Assembly (NCBI GenBank): GCA_964373715.1
Contig: CAYJVR010000004.1
Location: 89,255-153,254, forward strand
Source of the DNA: an uncultured Planctomycetia bacterium
Lineage (GTDB): Bacteria; Omnitrophota; Gorgyraeia; 1-14-0-20-64-10
Direction: 5' to 3'
DNA length: 64,000 nucleotides
In this document: in pieces, positions 48,703-58,065 of the stretch
Numbering within the stretch: position 1 is the first letter of the stretch
How the letters are laid out: every line of letters starts with the position of its first letter
Notes under the pieces: model-generated
Told to the model about the DNA's origin: nothing
Databases searched by the model: none
The model's input: only the letters and a program-made list of their open reading frames with translations
Program-made: the position numbers and the translations under genes

Positions 48703-50565
48703 ATGGAGAAGGAGTCAACTAAAGGGTTGGCCGCAAAGCAACAAACGGCGGTTTCCGCGATCACCGTCCGGTTCGCCGGAGATTCCGGCGACGGAATGCA
48801 GCTGACCGGAGACCAGTTTACCGATACCGCCGCCGTCATGGGAAACGATTTCTCAACGTTTCCCGACTTCCCAGCTGAAATCCGCGCGCCCGCCGGCACC
48901 CTGCCGGGCGTGAGCTCTTTCCAGATCCAGTTCTCGGAAAACGTGATCTTCACTCCCGGCGACATAGCCGACGTGCTCGTGGCGATGAACCCCGCCGCCC
49001 TGAAAGTGAACCTGGGCAACGTGAAGAAGGGCGGGATGGTGATCGTCAACGAAACCGCGTTCAATGAGGGGAACCTGCGCAAGGCGGCCTGGAAAACCAA
49101 CCCGTTGGCCGACGGAACGCTGAAGGATTACCAGCTGGTCAGCATTCCCCTGTCGGAATTGAACCTGAAAACGCTCAAGGACCTGCCTCTGCAGACAACA
49201 GAAGCGGACCGGTGCAAGAACTTTTTCGCGCTCGGCCTCGTCTTCTGGCTGTACGACAGAAGCATGGATCACACGGTGGCGTGGATCAAGACAAGGTTCT
49301 CCAAGCGGCCCGAGATCGGCGAGGCCAATATGCTGGCACTCAAAGGCGGTTACAACTATGCCGATATGACGGAGCTTCTGCCGATCCAGTTTCATGTCAA
49401 AAAAGCGCATTTGGAGCCCGGCATCTACCGGAAGATCACCGGCAACGAAGCCATCGCCATCGGGCTTATTACGGCCGCCCATCTGGCGGGGAAAACCCTC
49501 TTCTACGGCACTTATCCGATCACGCCGGCCAGCTCGATCCTGCACGAACTGGCCAAGCACAAGAATTTCGGGGTCAAGACGTTCCAGGCGGAAGATGAGA
49601 TAGCCGCCGTCGGCGCCGCGCTCGGAGCCTCTTTCGGCGGACAGATCGGAGTCACCGGTTCCAGCGGCCCCGGCATCTGCTTGAAAGCGGAGATGATGAA
49701 CCTGGCAATTATGGTCGAGCTTCCGCTGGTCGTCATTGACGTCCAGCGGGCGGGCCCCTCGACCGGCCTGCCGACTAAAACGGAACAAGCGGATCTTCTG
49801 CAGGTTTTGTTCGGCCGGAACAGCGAATCCCCGATCGCGGTGCTCGCCGCAAAAACTCCTTCGGATTGCTTTGCCATGGCAGTCGAATCAGTCCGGATTG
49901 CCGTAAAACACATGACCCCGGTGGTCCTTCTTTCGGACGGCTATCTTGCCAGCGCGGCGGAACCATGGAAACTGCCGGAAATCAAAAAACTGCCTGCGAT
50001 TGAGATTACGCACGCCAGCGCCTTGCCGGGAACCCCTTTCCTTCCTTATCAGAGAGATCCGGCGACACTCGCCAGGCCTTGGGCTATTCCCGGCACGCCG
50101 GGGCTCGAACACCGGATCGGAGGGCTCGGTAAAGCGGATTTAACCGGCAACGTCAGCTACGACCCGCTCAACAATCAGAAGATGGTCAACCTGCGGGCCG
50201 AGAAGGTGCGGCGGATCGCCGATGACATCCCTCTGCTTGAGGTGGAAGGGCCCGTCTCAGGCAAACTTCTTGTTGTCGGATGGGGCGGGACTTTCGGACA
50301 CATCCGCCAAGCGGTGCTTCAGCTTCAGGAACAGGGAATCCCGGTGTCGCACGCCCACTTAAACTACCTCAACCCGTTCCCTAAGAATTTGGCGGAGGTG
50401 CTGGGCCGGTTTGAAAAAATCCTTGTCCCGGAACTCAACATGGGCCAGCTGATTGTTCTGCTCCACCATCATTATCCCAACGTAAAATCGGTAGGCCTCA
50501 ACAAAGTGCAGGGCCAACCGTTCGAGGTCGCTGAAATCATCCAAAAAATCAAGGATCTGCTATGA
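48703..50565 (+). CDS. korA: 2-oxoacid:ferredoxin oxidoreductase alpha subunit (fused gamma+alpha; KorA/OorA-like)
   Basis: An N-terminal gamma-like domain (AGDSGDGMQLTGDQF) is fused to the alpha domain (GTYPITPASSILHELA, VIDVQRAGPSTGLPTKTEQADL). Confidence 0.85.
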   Translation: MEKESTKGLAAKQQTAVSAITVRFAGDSGDGMQLTGDQFTDTAAVMGNDFSTFPDFPAEIRAPAGTLPGVSSFQIQFSENVIFTPGDIADVLVAMNPAALKVNLGNVKKGGMVIVNETAFNEGNLRKAAWKTNPLADGTLKDYQLVSIPLSELNLKTLKDLPLQTTEADRCKNFFALGLVFWLYDRSMDHTVAWIKTRFSKRPEIGEANMLALKGGYNYADMTELLPIQFHVKKAHLEPGIYRKITGNEAIAIGLITAAHLAGKTLFYGTYPITPASSILHELAKHKNFGVKTFQAEDEIAAVGAALGASFGGQIGVTGSSGPGICLKAEMMNLAIMVELPLVVIDVQRAGPSTGLPTKTEQADLLQVLFGRNSESPIAVLAAKTPSDCFAMAVESVRIAVKHMTPVVLLSDGYLASAAEPWKLPEIKKLPAIEITHASALPGTPFLPYQRDPATLARPWAIPGTPGLEHRIGGLGKADLTGNVSYDPLNNQKMVNLRAEKVRRIADDIPLLEVEGPVSGKLLVVGWGGTFGHIRQAVLQLQEQGIPVSHAHLNYLNPFPKNLAEVLGRFEKILVPELNMGQLIVLLHHHYPNVKSVGLNKVQGQPFEVAEIIQKIKDLL

Positions 50566-51599
50566 GCGCGCAATCTCCGCTGCCGGTGGCCGGATCTCCC
50601 TACAAGAAGGACGATTTTGTCTCGGGCCAGGAGGTGCGCTGGTGCCCCGGCTGCGGGGACTACGCCATCCTGGCAACGATGCAACGGACCTTGTCGAAGT
50701 TTGATTTCCCCAAAGAGAAATACGTCTTCATTTCCGGGATTGGGTGCTCCAGCCGGTTTCCGTACTACATGAACACCTACGGATTTCACACGATCCACGG
50801 CCGGGCGCCGACGATCGCCACCGGGTTGCGCTGCGTGAACCCGGAGCTGGAAATCTGGCTCATCACCGGGGACGGGGACGGCCTCTCCATCGGCGGCAAC
50901 CACATCATGCACTGCATGCGCCGCAACGTGAACCTCAAGATCCTTCTGGTCAACAATAAGATTTACGGCCTGACGAAGGGGCAGTATTCCCCTACGTCAG
51001 AGATCGGCAAGATGACGAAGTCTTCGCCGATCGGTTCGATCGATTACCCGATCAACCCGCTGTGCATCGCGATTGCCTCAGAGTCAACCTTCATCGCGCG
51101 AACCGTGGACAGCATCCCGGCCCATATGAACGCCGTGCTGGAACGGGCAATGCAGCATAAAGGAACCGCCTTCGTTGAAATTTACCAAAACTGCCTCATA
51201 TTCAACGACAATGCCTTTGAAGGGGTGGCGGGCCGCAACACGCGCGACGACCGGATGGCTTACCTGGAACACGGCAAACCTCTGCTTTTCGGCAAGGAGA
51301 AAGAGAAGGGGGTCCGGATGAACGGCCTCCGGCCGGAGGTGGTCAACATTAAAGATGTCCCGTTGGAAAGCCTTTTAGTCCATAACGAAAAAGACCCGAA
51401 CCCGTACTACGCCTATATGCTCACCCAGATGGATGACCCGGAATCCCCCTTACCGGTCCCGTTCGGCGTCCTGAGGGCGATCGAAAAACCGACTTACGAC
51501 GATATGATGAACCAGCAGATTCAAAACGCAATCAAACAGAAAGGGCCTGGGGATTTGAAAAACTTGATCTACGGACCCGACACCTGGACGGTGACTTAA
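50562..51599 (+). CDS. korB: 2-oxoacid:ferredoxin oxidoreductase beta subunit (TPP-binding)
   Basis: TPP motif GDGDGLSIGGNH; CPGCGDY N-terminal Cys motif; 4-nt overlap with korA. Confidence 0.85.
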   Translation: MSAQSPLPVAGSPYKKDDFVSGQEVRWCPGCGDYAILATMQRTLSKFDFPKEKYVFISGIGCSSRFPYYMNTYGFHTIHGRAPTIATGLRCVNPELEIWLITGDGDGLSIGGNHIMHCMRRNVNLKILLVNNKIYGLTKGQYSPTSEIGKMTKSSPIGSIDYPINPLCIAIASESTFIARTVDSIPAHMNAVLERAMQHKGTAFVEIYQNCLIFNDNAFEGVAGRNTRDDRMAYLEHGKPLLFGKEKEKGVRMNGLRPEVVNIKDVPLESLLVHNEKDPNPYYAYMLTQMDDPESPLPVPFGVLRAIEKPTYDDMMNQQIQNAIKQKGPGDLKNLIYGPDTWTVT

Positions 51600-52145
51600 A
51601 TGCACGAAAACCAGTGCCCATCATGCCATTTTGAGATCTTGCCGGGGGACGATAGGTGCCCGCAGTGCCTGCACACCCTCATGCACCGGGATCTGCCGCA
51701 GCCAAAAAAAGATGACGTCTATCAGAACGTGCTGATGACCGCCCCCATCTCCACGCTTGTCACAGGCAAGGACCTACTCGTGGCCAGCAAAAAAGACACC
51801 ATCAAGAAGATCGTCGAGGTGCTGCGGGAGAAAAAGAAGGATTGCGTCCTCATCTACGAAAAGAAAAAGCTGGTGGGAATCCTGAGCCTGCGGGACCTTC
51901 TGAGGAAAGCCACTTTTAAGGAACTGGATTTATCGAAAACCACGGTAGAAAAGGTGATGACCCCGAATCCGGAGTTTGTGCGCGGAGAAGACCCGATCGC
52001 CTTCATGGTCAACAAAATGGCGATGGGCGGCTTCCGGCATGTGCCGGTTCTTCAAAATGACGGAACCCCACTCAGTATCGTCTCAATAAAGGACGTTCTC
52101 GGCTACCTCTCGAAAAGAGAGGGGGCCTCTCCAAAAAGCACTTAG
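51600..52145 (+). CDS. CBS-domain pair protein with an N-terminal zinc-ribbon (CxxC...CxxC)
   Basis: MHENQCPSCHFEILPGDDRCPQCLH is followed by two CBS motifs (LIYEKKKLVGILSLRDLL; HVPVLQNDGTPLSIVSIKDVLGYL). The start abuts the korB stop (TAA-ATG). Confidence 0.7.
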   Translation: MHENQCPSCHFEILPGDDRCPQCLHTLMHRDLPQPKKDDVYQNVLMTAPISTLVTGKDLLVASKKDTIKKIVEVLREKKKDCVLIYEKKKLVGILSLRDLLRKATFKELDLSKTTVEKVMTPNPEFVRGEDPIAFMVNKMAMGGFRHVPVLQNDGTPLSIVSIKDVLGYLSKREGASPKST

Positions 52146-52248
52146 CAGCTATCTCGCAAATCCGCAGAAGTGATTTGAGGGGAGCTCTATCCAGAAAAAT
52201 ACAACCGGACGTCGTCTTGTATAGATATTCCGTAGTGCATAAACTGAA

Positions 52249-53106
52249 TTAGCGCTGAAGCGGATCTCTTTCAAATTCAATCGCCCGGATCTTCAAAGAA
52301 CCCTGATAATAGTTCTCATGCGGATCGCCGACCACAAAGTAATCGGGGTGAGAGTCGGCATGCCAGACCTTATCTTTATTCACACGAGCTTTTTGCAGGA
52401 GATTCCCCCTGCCATCGTAGAGGCTTAAAACATACTCGGTGTCGGTTTTTTCGACCTCGGCCCGGTACCAGGCATTTCTTTTGTATTCCACCGCCTTATC
52501 CCAAGATTTCGTCCACTTCTGGGTATAACCGTTAAAAGCTGTGAGGCTGTTGCCCTTATCGAAGTAGACCATGAAGATCGGATTCGGCATCCCGCTGCCG
52601 TAGGTATTGTTGTCCACATCGATGACCAGTTTACGATGCTTGTGCCACCATTCATTGATGTAGTGCCCTGCGGGGGCTTCATCCGTAATCGCTAACAGGT
52701 AACAGCCGTTTTCGTTAAGCGGCCCTTCCGAATAGTCGGGGTCTTGGCCAACCCCTTTGAGGTTCTCCAGCCCGTAATCAATTTCTCCAACCTCCACGGC
52801 AACCCTGTACCTTTTCCCAAGAGGCCTGGCCGACCGGATAATAGCTGAATCACCGTAGCTGTCGGACCTCTGCCAAGCAAAACTGGACGCCCCATCAATA
52901 ACAAAAGTGCCTCCGCGAAACAGCTCGAAAACGAGTTCACCCCCTTTTCCAAAACGCATGCCGTCTTTCGGGACAATCGGCTTTGAGAAAAGCCCCTTCC
53001 CTGAAAGTTCAGGGTTCGCCGTCCCCCAGGAGCAGGATCCGGCGACAAGAGCAAGCACCCACACTGCCGCCGACAAAAAGCTCTTCCGGTAGACCGCCCT
53101 CGGCAT
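52249..53106 (-). CDS. secreted hypothetical protein (possibly concanavalin/LamG-like glycan-binding fold)
   Basis: Signal peptide after the trimmed start (MPRAVYRKSFLSAAVWVLALVAGSCS); C-terminal beta-rich region; function not assignable from sequence. Confidence 0.4.
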   Translation of the reverse strand: MPRAVYRKSFLSAAVWVLALVAGSCSWGTANPELSGKGLFSKPIVPKDGMRFGKGGELVFELFRGGTFVIDGASSFAWQRSDSYGDSAIIRSARPLGKRYRVAVEVGEIDYGLENLKGVGQDPDYSEGPLNENGCYLLAITDEAPAGHYINEWWHKHRKLVIDVDNNTYGSGMPNPIFMVYFDKGNSLTAFNGYTQKWTKSWDKAVEYKRNAWYRAEVEKTDTEYVLSLYDGRGNLLQKARVNKDKVWHADSHPDYFVVGDPHENYYQGSLKIRAIEFERDPLQR

Positions 53107-53131
53107 TATTTTTTTATGATATAGTGAATAC

Positions 53132-54133
53132 GTGAGATTTTTCCTCAAAAGCTTGTTCCTCTTTTTACTGTTTCAGTTTATCATGCCGGGCGCTATCCCA
53201 TGCTGGGGAGCGCCGCCGCCCGCCGCTTCCAGATACAGCAAACCAATTCGTGGCATGTGGGTTTGGCATTTCGAGGCTTATTCCACCGTGGAGGCCCGCA
53301 ACCGGCTGATCGAATTCTGCCGGGGGGAGAACCTCTCTCTTATGCTTGTTCAGGTTCATTACAAGCTGGATCCGGCAACCCAGATCCCGCTGGCGATGAG
53401 GGACCCCCAGGCCTACGGCGCCCTGATTGAGCAGGCCCAGAAAGCCGGCATCACGGTGGAAGCGCTGGAAGGAGACCCGCATTGGGCGCTTAAAGACCAG
53501 AGAGAAACCTGGTGGCAGAAGTTCGACGTGATCATGGACTGGTACGACCGGCAGCCGAGCCAGCGCCGGTTTTCAGGCCTCCATCTCGACGTTGAACCGT
53601 ACCTTTTAGACGGCTTTGACACGCCGGAGAAATGGAACATCCTGACGCAATACGTCGAGTACATGGACGAAGTCAGAACAGCTCTGAAAAAAAGATCTCC
53701 GGAGCTTATTTTTGCCGCCGACATCCCGTTCTGGTACGACAATATCCTCCACGACGACGAATATTCCAACCACTGCATCGTTGAATTTAAAGGCGCGAAA
53801 AAACCGGTCAGCCAGCATATCCAAGACATATGCGACTACATCGGCATCATGTCATACCGGCAGCACGCGCTCGGTGAAAACTCGATCACGCAGCTGTGCC
53901 TGGGGGAGCTGGCCTACGCGAAGACTCTTGGGAAGAAGGTCTTCTCCGGCGTCGAAATGTCGCCGGACCAAGACCCGCCGACGATATCGTTTTACGGAAC
54001 GACTGTTGCCCTTTTCCGGGAACAGGTGGGATTGGTGGAGAAAACGTTCGGCCAGCGAAGAGAATTCGGCGGTGTCTTGATCCACTACTACAACAGCTAC
54101 CGGGATTTCCTGGAGTCGGCGCCAGCAAAGTAA
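53132..54133 (+). CDS. secreted putative TIM-barrel glycoside-hydrolase-like protein (GHL/DUF4015-like)
   Basis: Signal peptide; the RGMWVW motif near the N-terminus and the spacing of acidic residues resemble putative-glycosidase TIM-barrel families. Only weakly supported. Confidence 0.4.
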   Translation: MRFFLKSLFLFLLFQFIMPGAIPCWGAPPPAASRYSKPIRGMWVWHFEAYSTVEARNRLIEFCRGENLSLMLVQVHYKLDPATQIPLAMRDPQAYGALIEQAQKAGITVEALEGDPHWALKDQRETWWQKFDVIMDWYDRQPSQRRFSGLHLDVEPYLLDGFDTPEKWNILTQYVEYMDEVRTALKKRSPELIFAADIPFWYDNILHDDEYSNHCIVEFKGAKKPVSQHIQDICDYIGIMSYRQHALGENSITQLCLGELAYAKTLGKKVFSGVEMSPDQDPPTISFYGTTVALFREQVGLVEKTFGQRREFGGVLIHYYNSYRDFLESAPAK

Positions 54134-54174
54134 CCGCGCCCCACCCTTCTACTAAACTCAGGGTAAACGGTTTT

Positions 54175-55293
54175 TCAGCCGTTCTTCTTCTCGAACTCCT
54201 TCATAAAGAAGATGAGCGCGTCTACCCCTTCTTGAGACATCGCGTTGTAGATCGAGGCGCGAGCCCCGCCCACCGAACGATGGCCCTTGAGTTCGAGCAG
54301 TTTTTGGGCGGCTGCTTCTTTGATGAACTTCTCCTCCAACTCTTCGGAAGGAAGCCGGAAAGTCACGTTCATCCGGGAACGGCACTCTTTCGCCGCGGTC
54401 GGCTTGTAGAAACGGCTGGAATCAATCGCCGCGTAAAGCGCGGCGGCCTTCTGGTTATTCTTCTTCTCGATCGCCTCGACTCCTCCCTGCTTAATGAGCC
54501 AACGGGTCACCAGGGACAAAACGTAGATCCCGAAACAGGGGGGGGTGTTGTAAAGAGAGTTTTCCGCGATCTGAGTGGCGTATTCGAACATCCCCGGAAG
54601 CTTGCGAACCGGCTTCGCAGCCCAGTCTTTCCGCACCACAACAAGCGTGACACCCGAAGGCCCCAGATTCTTCTGAGCCCCGGCATAGATGAGGCTGAAT
54701 CTTTTCACATCTACGGGACGGGACAGGATATCCGACGACATGTCGGCCACCAGAGGGGCCTTGCTGTCAGGGAAAGAGGCCATCTGCGTTCCGGCGATCG
54801 TTTCATTCGACGTGACATGGAGATAGGCGGCGTCGAAGCTCAACTTCCACTCCGAAAAAGCCGGCATCCGGGTCGGGATCTCTTTCGAGGTATCCGCCGC
54901 GATATTCACTTTTCCGACCGCTTTCGCCTCGCCGACCGCTTTTGTGGCCCATGCTCCGGCATTGATGTAGTCGGCCGTCTGCCCGTCCCCCAAAAAATTC
55001 CATGGGATCATGGCGAACTGGCCGGTGGCACCCCCCTGAAGAAGAAGGACCGCGTAATCATCCGGGAGGTTCATCAATTTCCGGATATTGCCTATCGCCT
55101 CTTCATGAACAGCGCCGTACACCTTACCCCGGTGGCTCACCTCCATGATGGACGATCCGCAGCCTTTATACTCGGGCAAGTCTTCCCTAATCTGACTGAG
55201 GACTTCCTCCGGCAAAGAGGCCGGACCCGCGCTGAAATTAAACGCTCGGCTCATCAAAACCTCCGGTTTATTCATAGAAGATGGCTGTGTCAT
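54175..55293 (-). CDS. serC: phosphoserine aminotransferase
   Basis: FNFSAGPASLPEEVL at the N-terminus; PLP-binding context (the Lys in ...GAQKNLGPSG). Confidence 0.9.
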   Translation of the reverse strand: MTQPSSMNKPEVLMSRAFNFSAGPASLPEEVLSQIREDLPEYKGCGSSIMEVSHRGKVYGAVHEEAIGNIRKLMNLPDDYAVLLLQGGATGQFAMIPWNFLGDGQTADYINAGAWATKAVGEAKAVGKVNIAADTSKEIPTRMPAFSEWKLSFDAAYLHVTSNETIAGTQMASFPDSKAPLVADMSSDILSRPVDVKRFSLIYAGAQKNLGPSGVTLVVVRKDWAAKPVRKLPGMFEYATQIAENSLYNTPPCFGIYVLSLVTRWLIKQGGVEAIEKKNNQKAAALYAAIDSSRFYKPTAAKECRSRMNVTFRLPSEELEEKFIKEAAAQKLLELKGHRSVGGARASIYNAMSQEGVDALIFFMKEFEKKNG

Positions 55294-55419
55294 GGAACGA
55301 ACCTTTGAAAACCCTTATTTTACATTACTTAAGTTCTTGATTACAATGCAGCAGAGTCTAAGAGCGTACTGCCGCCGGAAATCATTCTGCGGATCGGCCA
55401 AATATAGCCCGAGGAAAGA

Positions 55420-56598
55420 ATGTCTGCCTCGTCTAATCCTAAAAAACTAAAAGCGCTTATTTTAGCCGAGAAGCACTACTACCTCGAAGCGCTTCTGCAA
55501 TGCCTGGGGCCGTTAGGAATCCGGCTGCATGTCATGTCAGCCAAGGAGGACCTTCACGTACAACTGTCCCGCTACTGCGCTGATTACTGGATCTGCGGGT
55601 CTTTGCGTTTGATGCAAGAGCAAGGGCATCTGGCGGATACGCTCAACATCTACTGCAGAGAAAACCGAATCTCGGTTGTCGTTCCCACCGATTTCATCAG
55701 CACGCTGCTCCTTTCCAAGATAAAGAAAGAACTGCATGCCGCGGCACTTTTCCCGACGGCCGATCCGGAAACTCTTATTGTGCTGAACAACAAATGGGAG
55801 TTCATGAAATCATTCGAGAAAAAAATCCCCTTCCCAAGCACGAAACGGCTTGATGAGAAAGCGCACCTCGATTCGCTTGATCTGCCTTTCCCTCTCATGG
55901 CCAAACGGTTGGACGATAAGGAGGGCTACGGTTCCTCCGCCCGCCGGGTCGATTCGCCAGAAGAACTATCCGCTTACGCTCTCGAAAAAGGATGGGCGTC
56001 CTCCCTGCTCGCGCAAGAATATATACCGGGGAAGGACATCGATTTAAGTGTTTTAGCGGTTGACGGCCGGGTTCTGGCCTGGACCATCCAAGAATGGCTA
56101 ACGGAAGAAAGATTGCGCTTTGTTCGGGAAGACCGTGTCCTGCAAATCGGCGAACAGATCATCTCTTCAACCCGGTTTACAGGGATAGCCCATTTTGACA
56201 TGCGAATTGATGAGCGGGATAACTCGCTCAAGGTGCTGGAATGCAACCCCCGCTGCTGGGGATCTATCGAGGCTTCCGCGAAGCGCGGGGTCAACTTCCC
56301 TTACGCCGGAATCCTTGCCGCTCTTGGCTATTCCCTCGACGGACGGATGAATTACAAGCCGGGTTTTTATTTTCCGAAACGGAGCTTCCGTCAGTATTTT
56401 ACATTCCGGGTTTCCATCCAATGGTGGATCACAGGATCAATCCTTCGGGATCTATGCGCAATTCTTTCAGACCCGCTACCTTATCTCTATTTTAGAATCC
56501 CGAAATTTCTTCGAAAAAACCTGCTCATCTTCAGTAAATCCTATCCTCTGGTCTCCCGACGAAAACAACGATCTCTTCCCGTTAATCCTGGTTCATAA
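55420..56598 (+). CDS. ATP-grasp domain protein (carboxylate-amine ligase-like)
   Basis: GIAHFDMRIDERDNSLKVLECNPRCWGS is the ATP-grasp C-terminal E-x-N-x-R motif region. Confidence 0.55.
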   Translation: MSASSNPKKLKALILAEKHYYLEALLQCLGPLGIRLHVMSAKEDLHVQLSRYCADYWICGSLRLMQEQGHLADTLNIYCRENRISVVVPTDFISTLLLSKIKKELHAAALFPTADPETLIVLNNKWEFMKSFEKKIPFPSTKRLDEKAHLDSLDLPFPLMAKRLDDKEGYGSSARRVDSPEELSAYALEKGWASSLLAQEYIPGKDIDLSVLAVDGRVLAWTIQEWLTEERLRFVREDRVLQIGEQIISSTRFTGIAHFDMRIDERDNSLKVLECNPRCWGSIEASAKRGVNFPYAGILAALGYSLDGRMNYKPGFYFPKRSFRQYFTFRVSIQWWITGSILRDLCAILSDPLPYLYFRIPKFLRKNLLIFSKSYPLVSRRKQRSLPVNPGS

Positions 56599-57922
56599 AA
56601 CGGGTATCCCCGTTTTGGAGCGCCGTGTTCAACAACAGCCAGCTCACCGAGGAGACAGAATTCCACTCCGCGTAAGTGTCTCCATCCGGATTGACATACC
56701 GGGTGACGGCAAACGGGAGAGCCCCGTTCCAGGTCCCCTGGGTTGTCCGGACGTCTTGAATAAGGCCGACATTCTGTAGAATGGAGCTGGTCTTCGCGAT
56801 ATCGCCCACTCGGTAGTAGGCTACCGCCGTCGTGAGCGTCCCTTCCACCCAAACGGTCTGGCGGGCCGCATCGGGCGAATAGCCGGTGATGGCCTGAGCG
56901 CTTCCGGGGATCGTCTGCTGGTTCGAGAAAACCGATTCGACGTAATTCAGCGCGCTCTGGGCCAAATCGGCGCGGCCGACCGCATTCAAAAAGAGCGCTC
57001 CCAGCGCGTTAGCGTCCAAAGCCGCCGCATCATCCCCTATCCCTTGGCGAAAATGCCCGCCGGCACCTCCCGTCCAATGGTTATTCAACAGGGAATTTTT
57101 GATCTGGGTCGCTGTGGTCAGATAGGTGCTTTTTCCGGTTACGCGGTAGAACTCCCGGAAAAAGAAATACGCATCCACGTTGTGCTCCGTGGAAATCCAG
57201 GTGACGTCCGGCCCTCCCCACAGAGAACCCGAGGAGGTCTGCAGCCCTTTGAGCTTTTGCGCGATTTTCATCGCCGAAGATTCAAACCTCTTGTCGCCGG
57301 TCACCCGCTGATAGAGAGCCATCGCGTATCCGACCCACGCGAGCGTGCCGCTGCGAACCCGGCTGTCTTTATAAGTCGAATCCACTTGAAAGGAAAAACC
57401 CACGGAGCCGTCTGCGGCCATCAGGCCTTTCAAAGCGGTCAGAACAGAGCGCGCATCCGCGGTCCTTCCTTGAAACAAAAAGGAGATGGCCCCGATCGCA
57501 TCATCGTAGGTCCAAGAACGGCCCCTCAAAAAAGCCTGCGGGTCGCTAGCAGGAATGTCGAAGCTCACCAAAAGCCCCGCCCGGCTCGCGATCGGCTGTA
57601 TACCGGTCAAAGCAGGATCATCCCTGCCGGTGAGCCATGTTAAGCTTCCCTCACCGAATACATAGCCGGCCGGCGTTGTGGGAACTTGAAGAGTCATTTG
57701 CGCGACACGAGTCCGCTCGACCGCCTGTCTCTGGGAGAAATCGGCCTGCTCCGCCCGCGCCGCCTCAAGGTTTTGGGTCAATGTCGCGCTGGCGCTGTCG
57801 ATCTGCTGGTCGATCGTCTGGGTGGAAACCGCAGAAGCAAGTCCCGGCCCCAGGCCAAAAATAACCGTTATTAAAAAAACCGCTACCCGAAAAATACCGT
57901 TTTTGCAAAAACCCGAGAACAT
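56582..57922 (-). CDS. secreted hypothetical protein (possible alpha/alpha-toroid glycosidase-like)
   Basis: Signal peptide MFSGFCKNGIFRVAVFLITVIFGLGPGLASA; rich in W/Y/G as in carbohydrate-active enzymes; no firm motif. Confidence 0.45.
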   Translation of the reverse strand: MFSGFCKNGIFRVAVFLITVIFGLGPGLASAVSTQTIDQQIDSASATLTQNLEAARAEQADFSQRQAVERTRVAQMTLQVPTTPAGYVFGEGSLTWLTGRDDPALTGIQPIASRAGLLVSFDIPASDPQAFLRGRSWTYDDAIGAISFLFQGRTADARSVLTALKGLMAADGSVGFSFQVDSTYKDSRVRSGTLAWVGYAMALYQRVTGDKRFESSAMKIAQKLKGLQTSSGSLWGGPDVTWISTEHNVDAYFFFREFYRVTGKSTYLTTATQIKNSLLNNHWTGGAGGHFRQGIGDDAAALDANALGALFLNAVGRADLAQSALNYVESVFSNQQTIPGSAQAITGYSPDAARQTVWVEGTLTTAVAYYRVGDIAKTSSILQNVGLIQDVRTTQGTWNGALPFAVTRYVNPDGDTYAEWNSVSSVSWLLLNTALQNGDTRFMNQD

Positions 57923-58011
57923 AATTAATAATCTCCTTTTAATTTAATTAACAGCAGGAAGGAATTATATCACGGGAAGACGGTACGAAGATACCTTTTT
58001 GGCACATGCAA

Positions 58012-58040
58012 TGGCTTGACACCTATAACCTAGAATTGTA
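58012..58040 (+). promoter_or_regulatory. candidate sigma70-type promoter for the ABC transporter pair
   Basis: TTGACA (58012-58017) - 17 nt - TAGAGT, about 25 nt upstream of the ATG at 58066. Confidence 0.3.
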
Positions 58041-58065
58041 GAGTGGGATAGCTGGCTTTCCCTCT

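Noticed and set aside
57985-58012. TGGCAC-N5-ATGGC resembling a sigma-54 -24/-12 promoter upstream of the ABC transporter.
   Set aside because: The GG-to-GC spacing is off by one from the -24/-12 consensus and the -12 element is ATGGC rather than TTGCA. The adjacent TTGACA-17-TAGAGT sigma70-like pair is more plausible.
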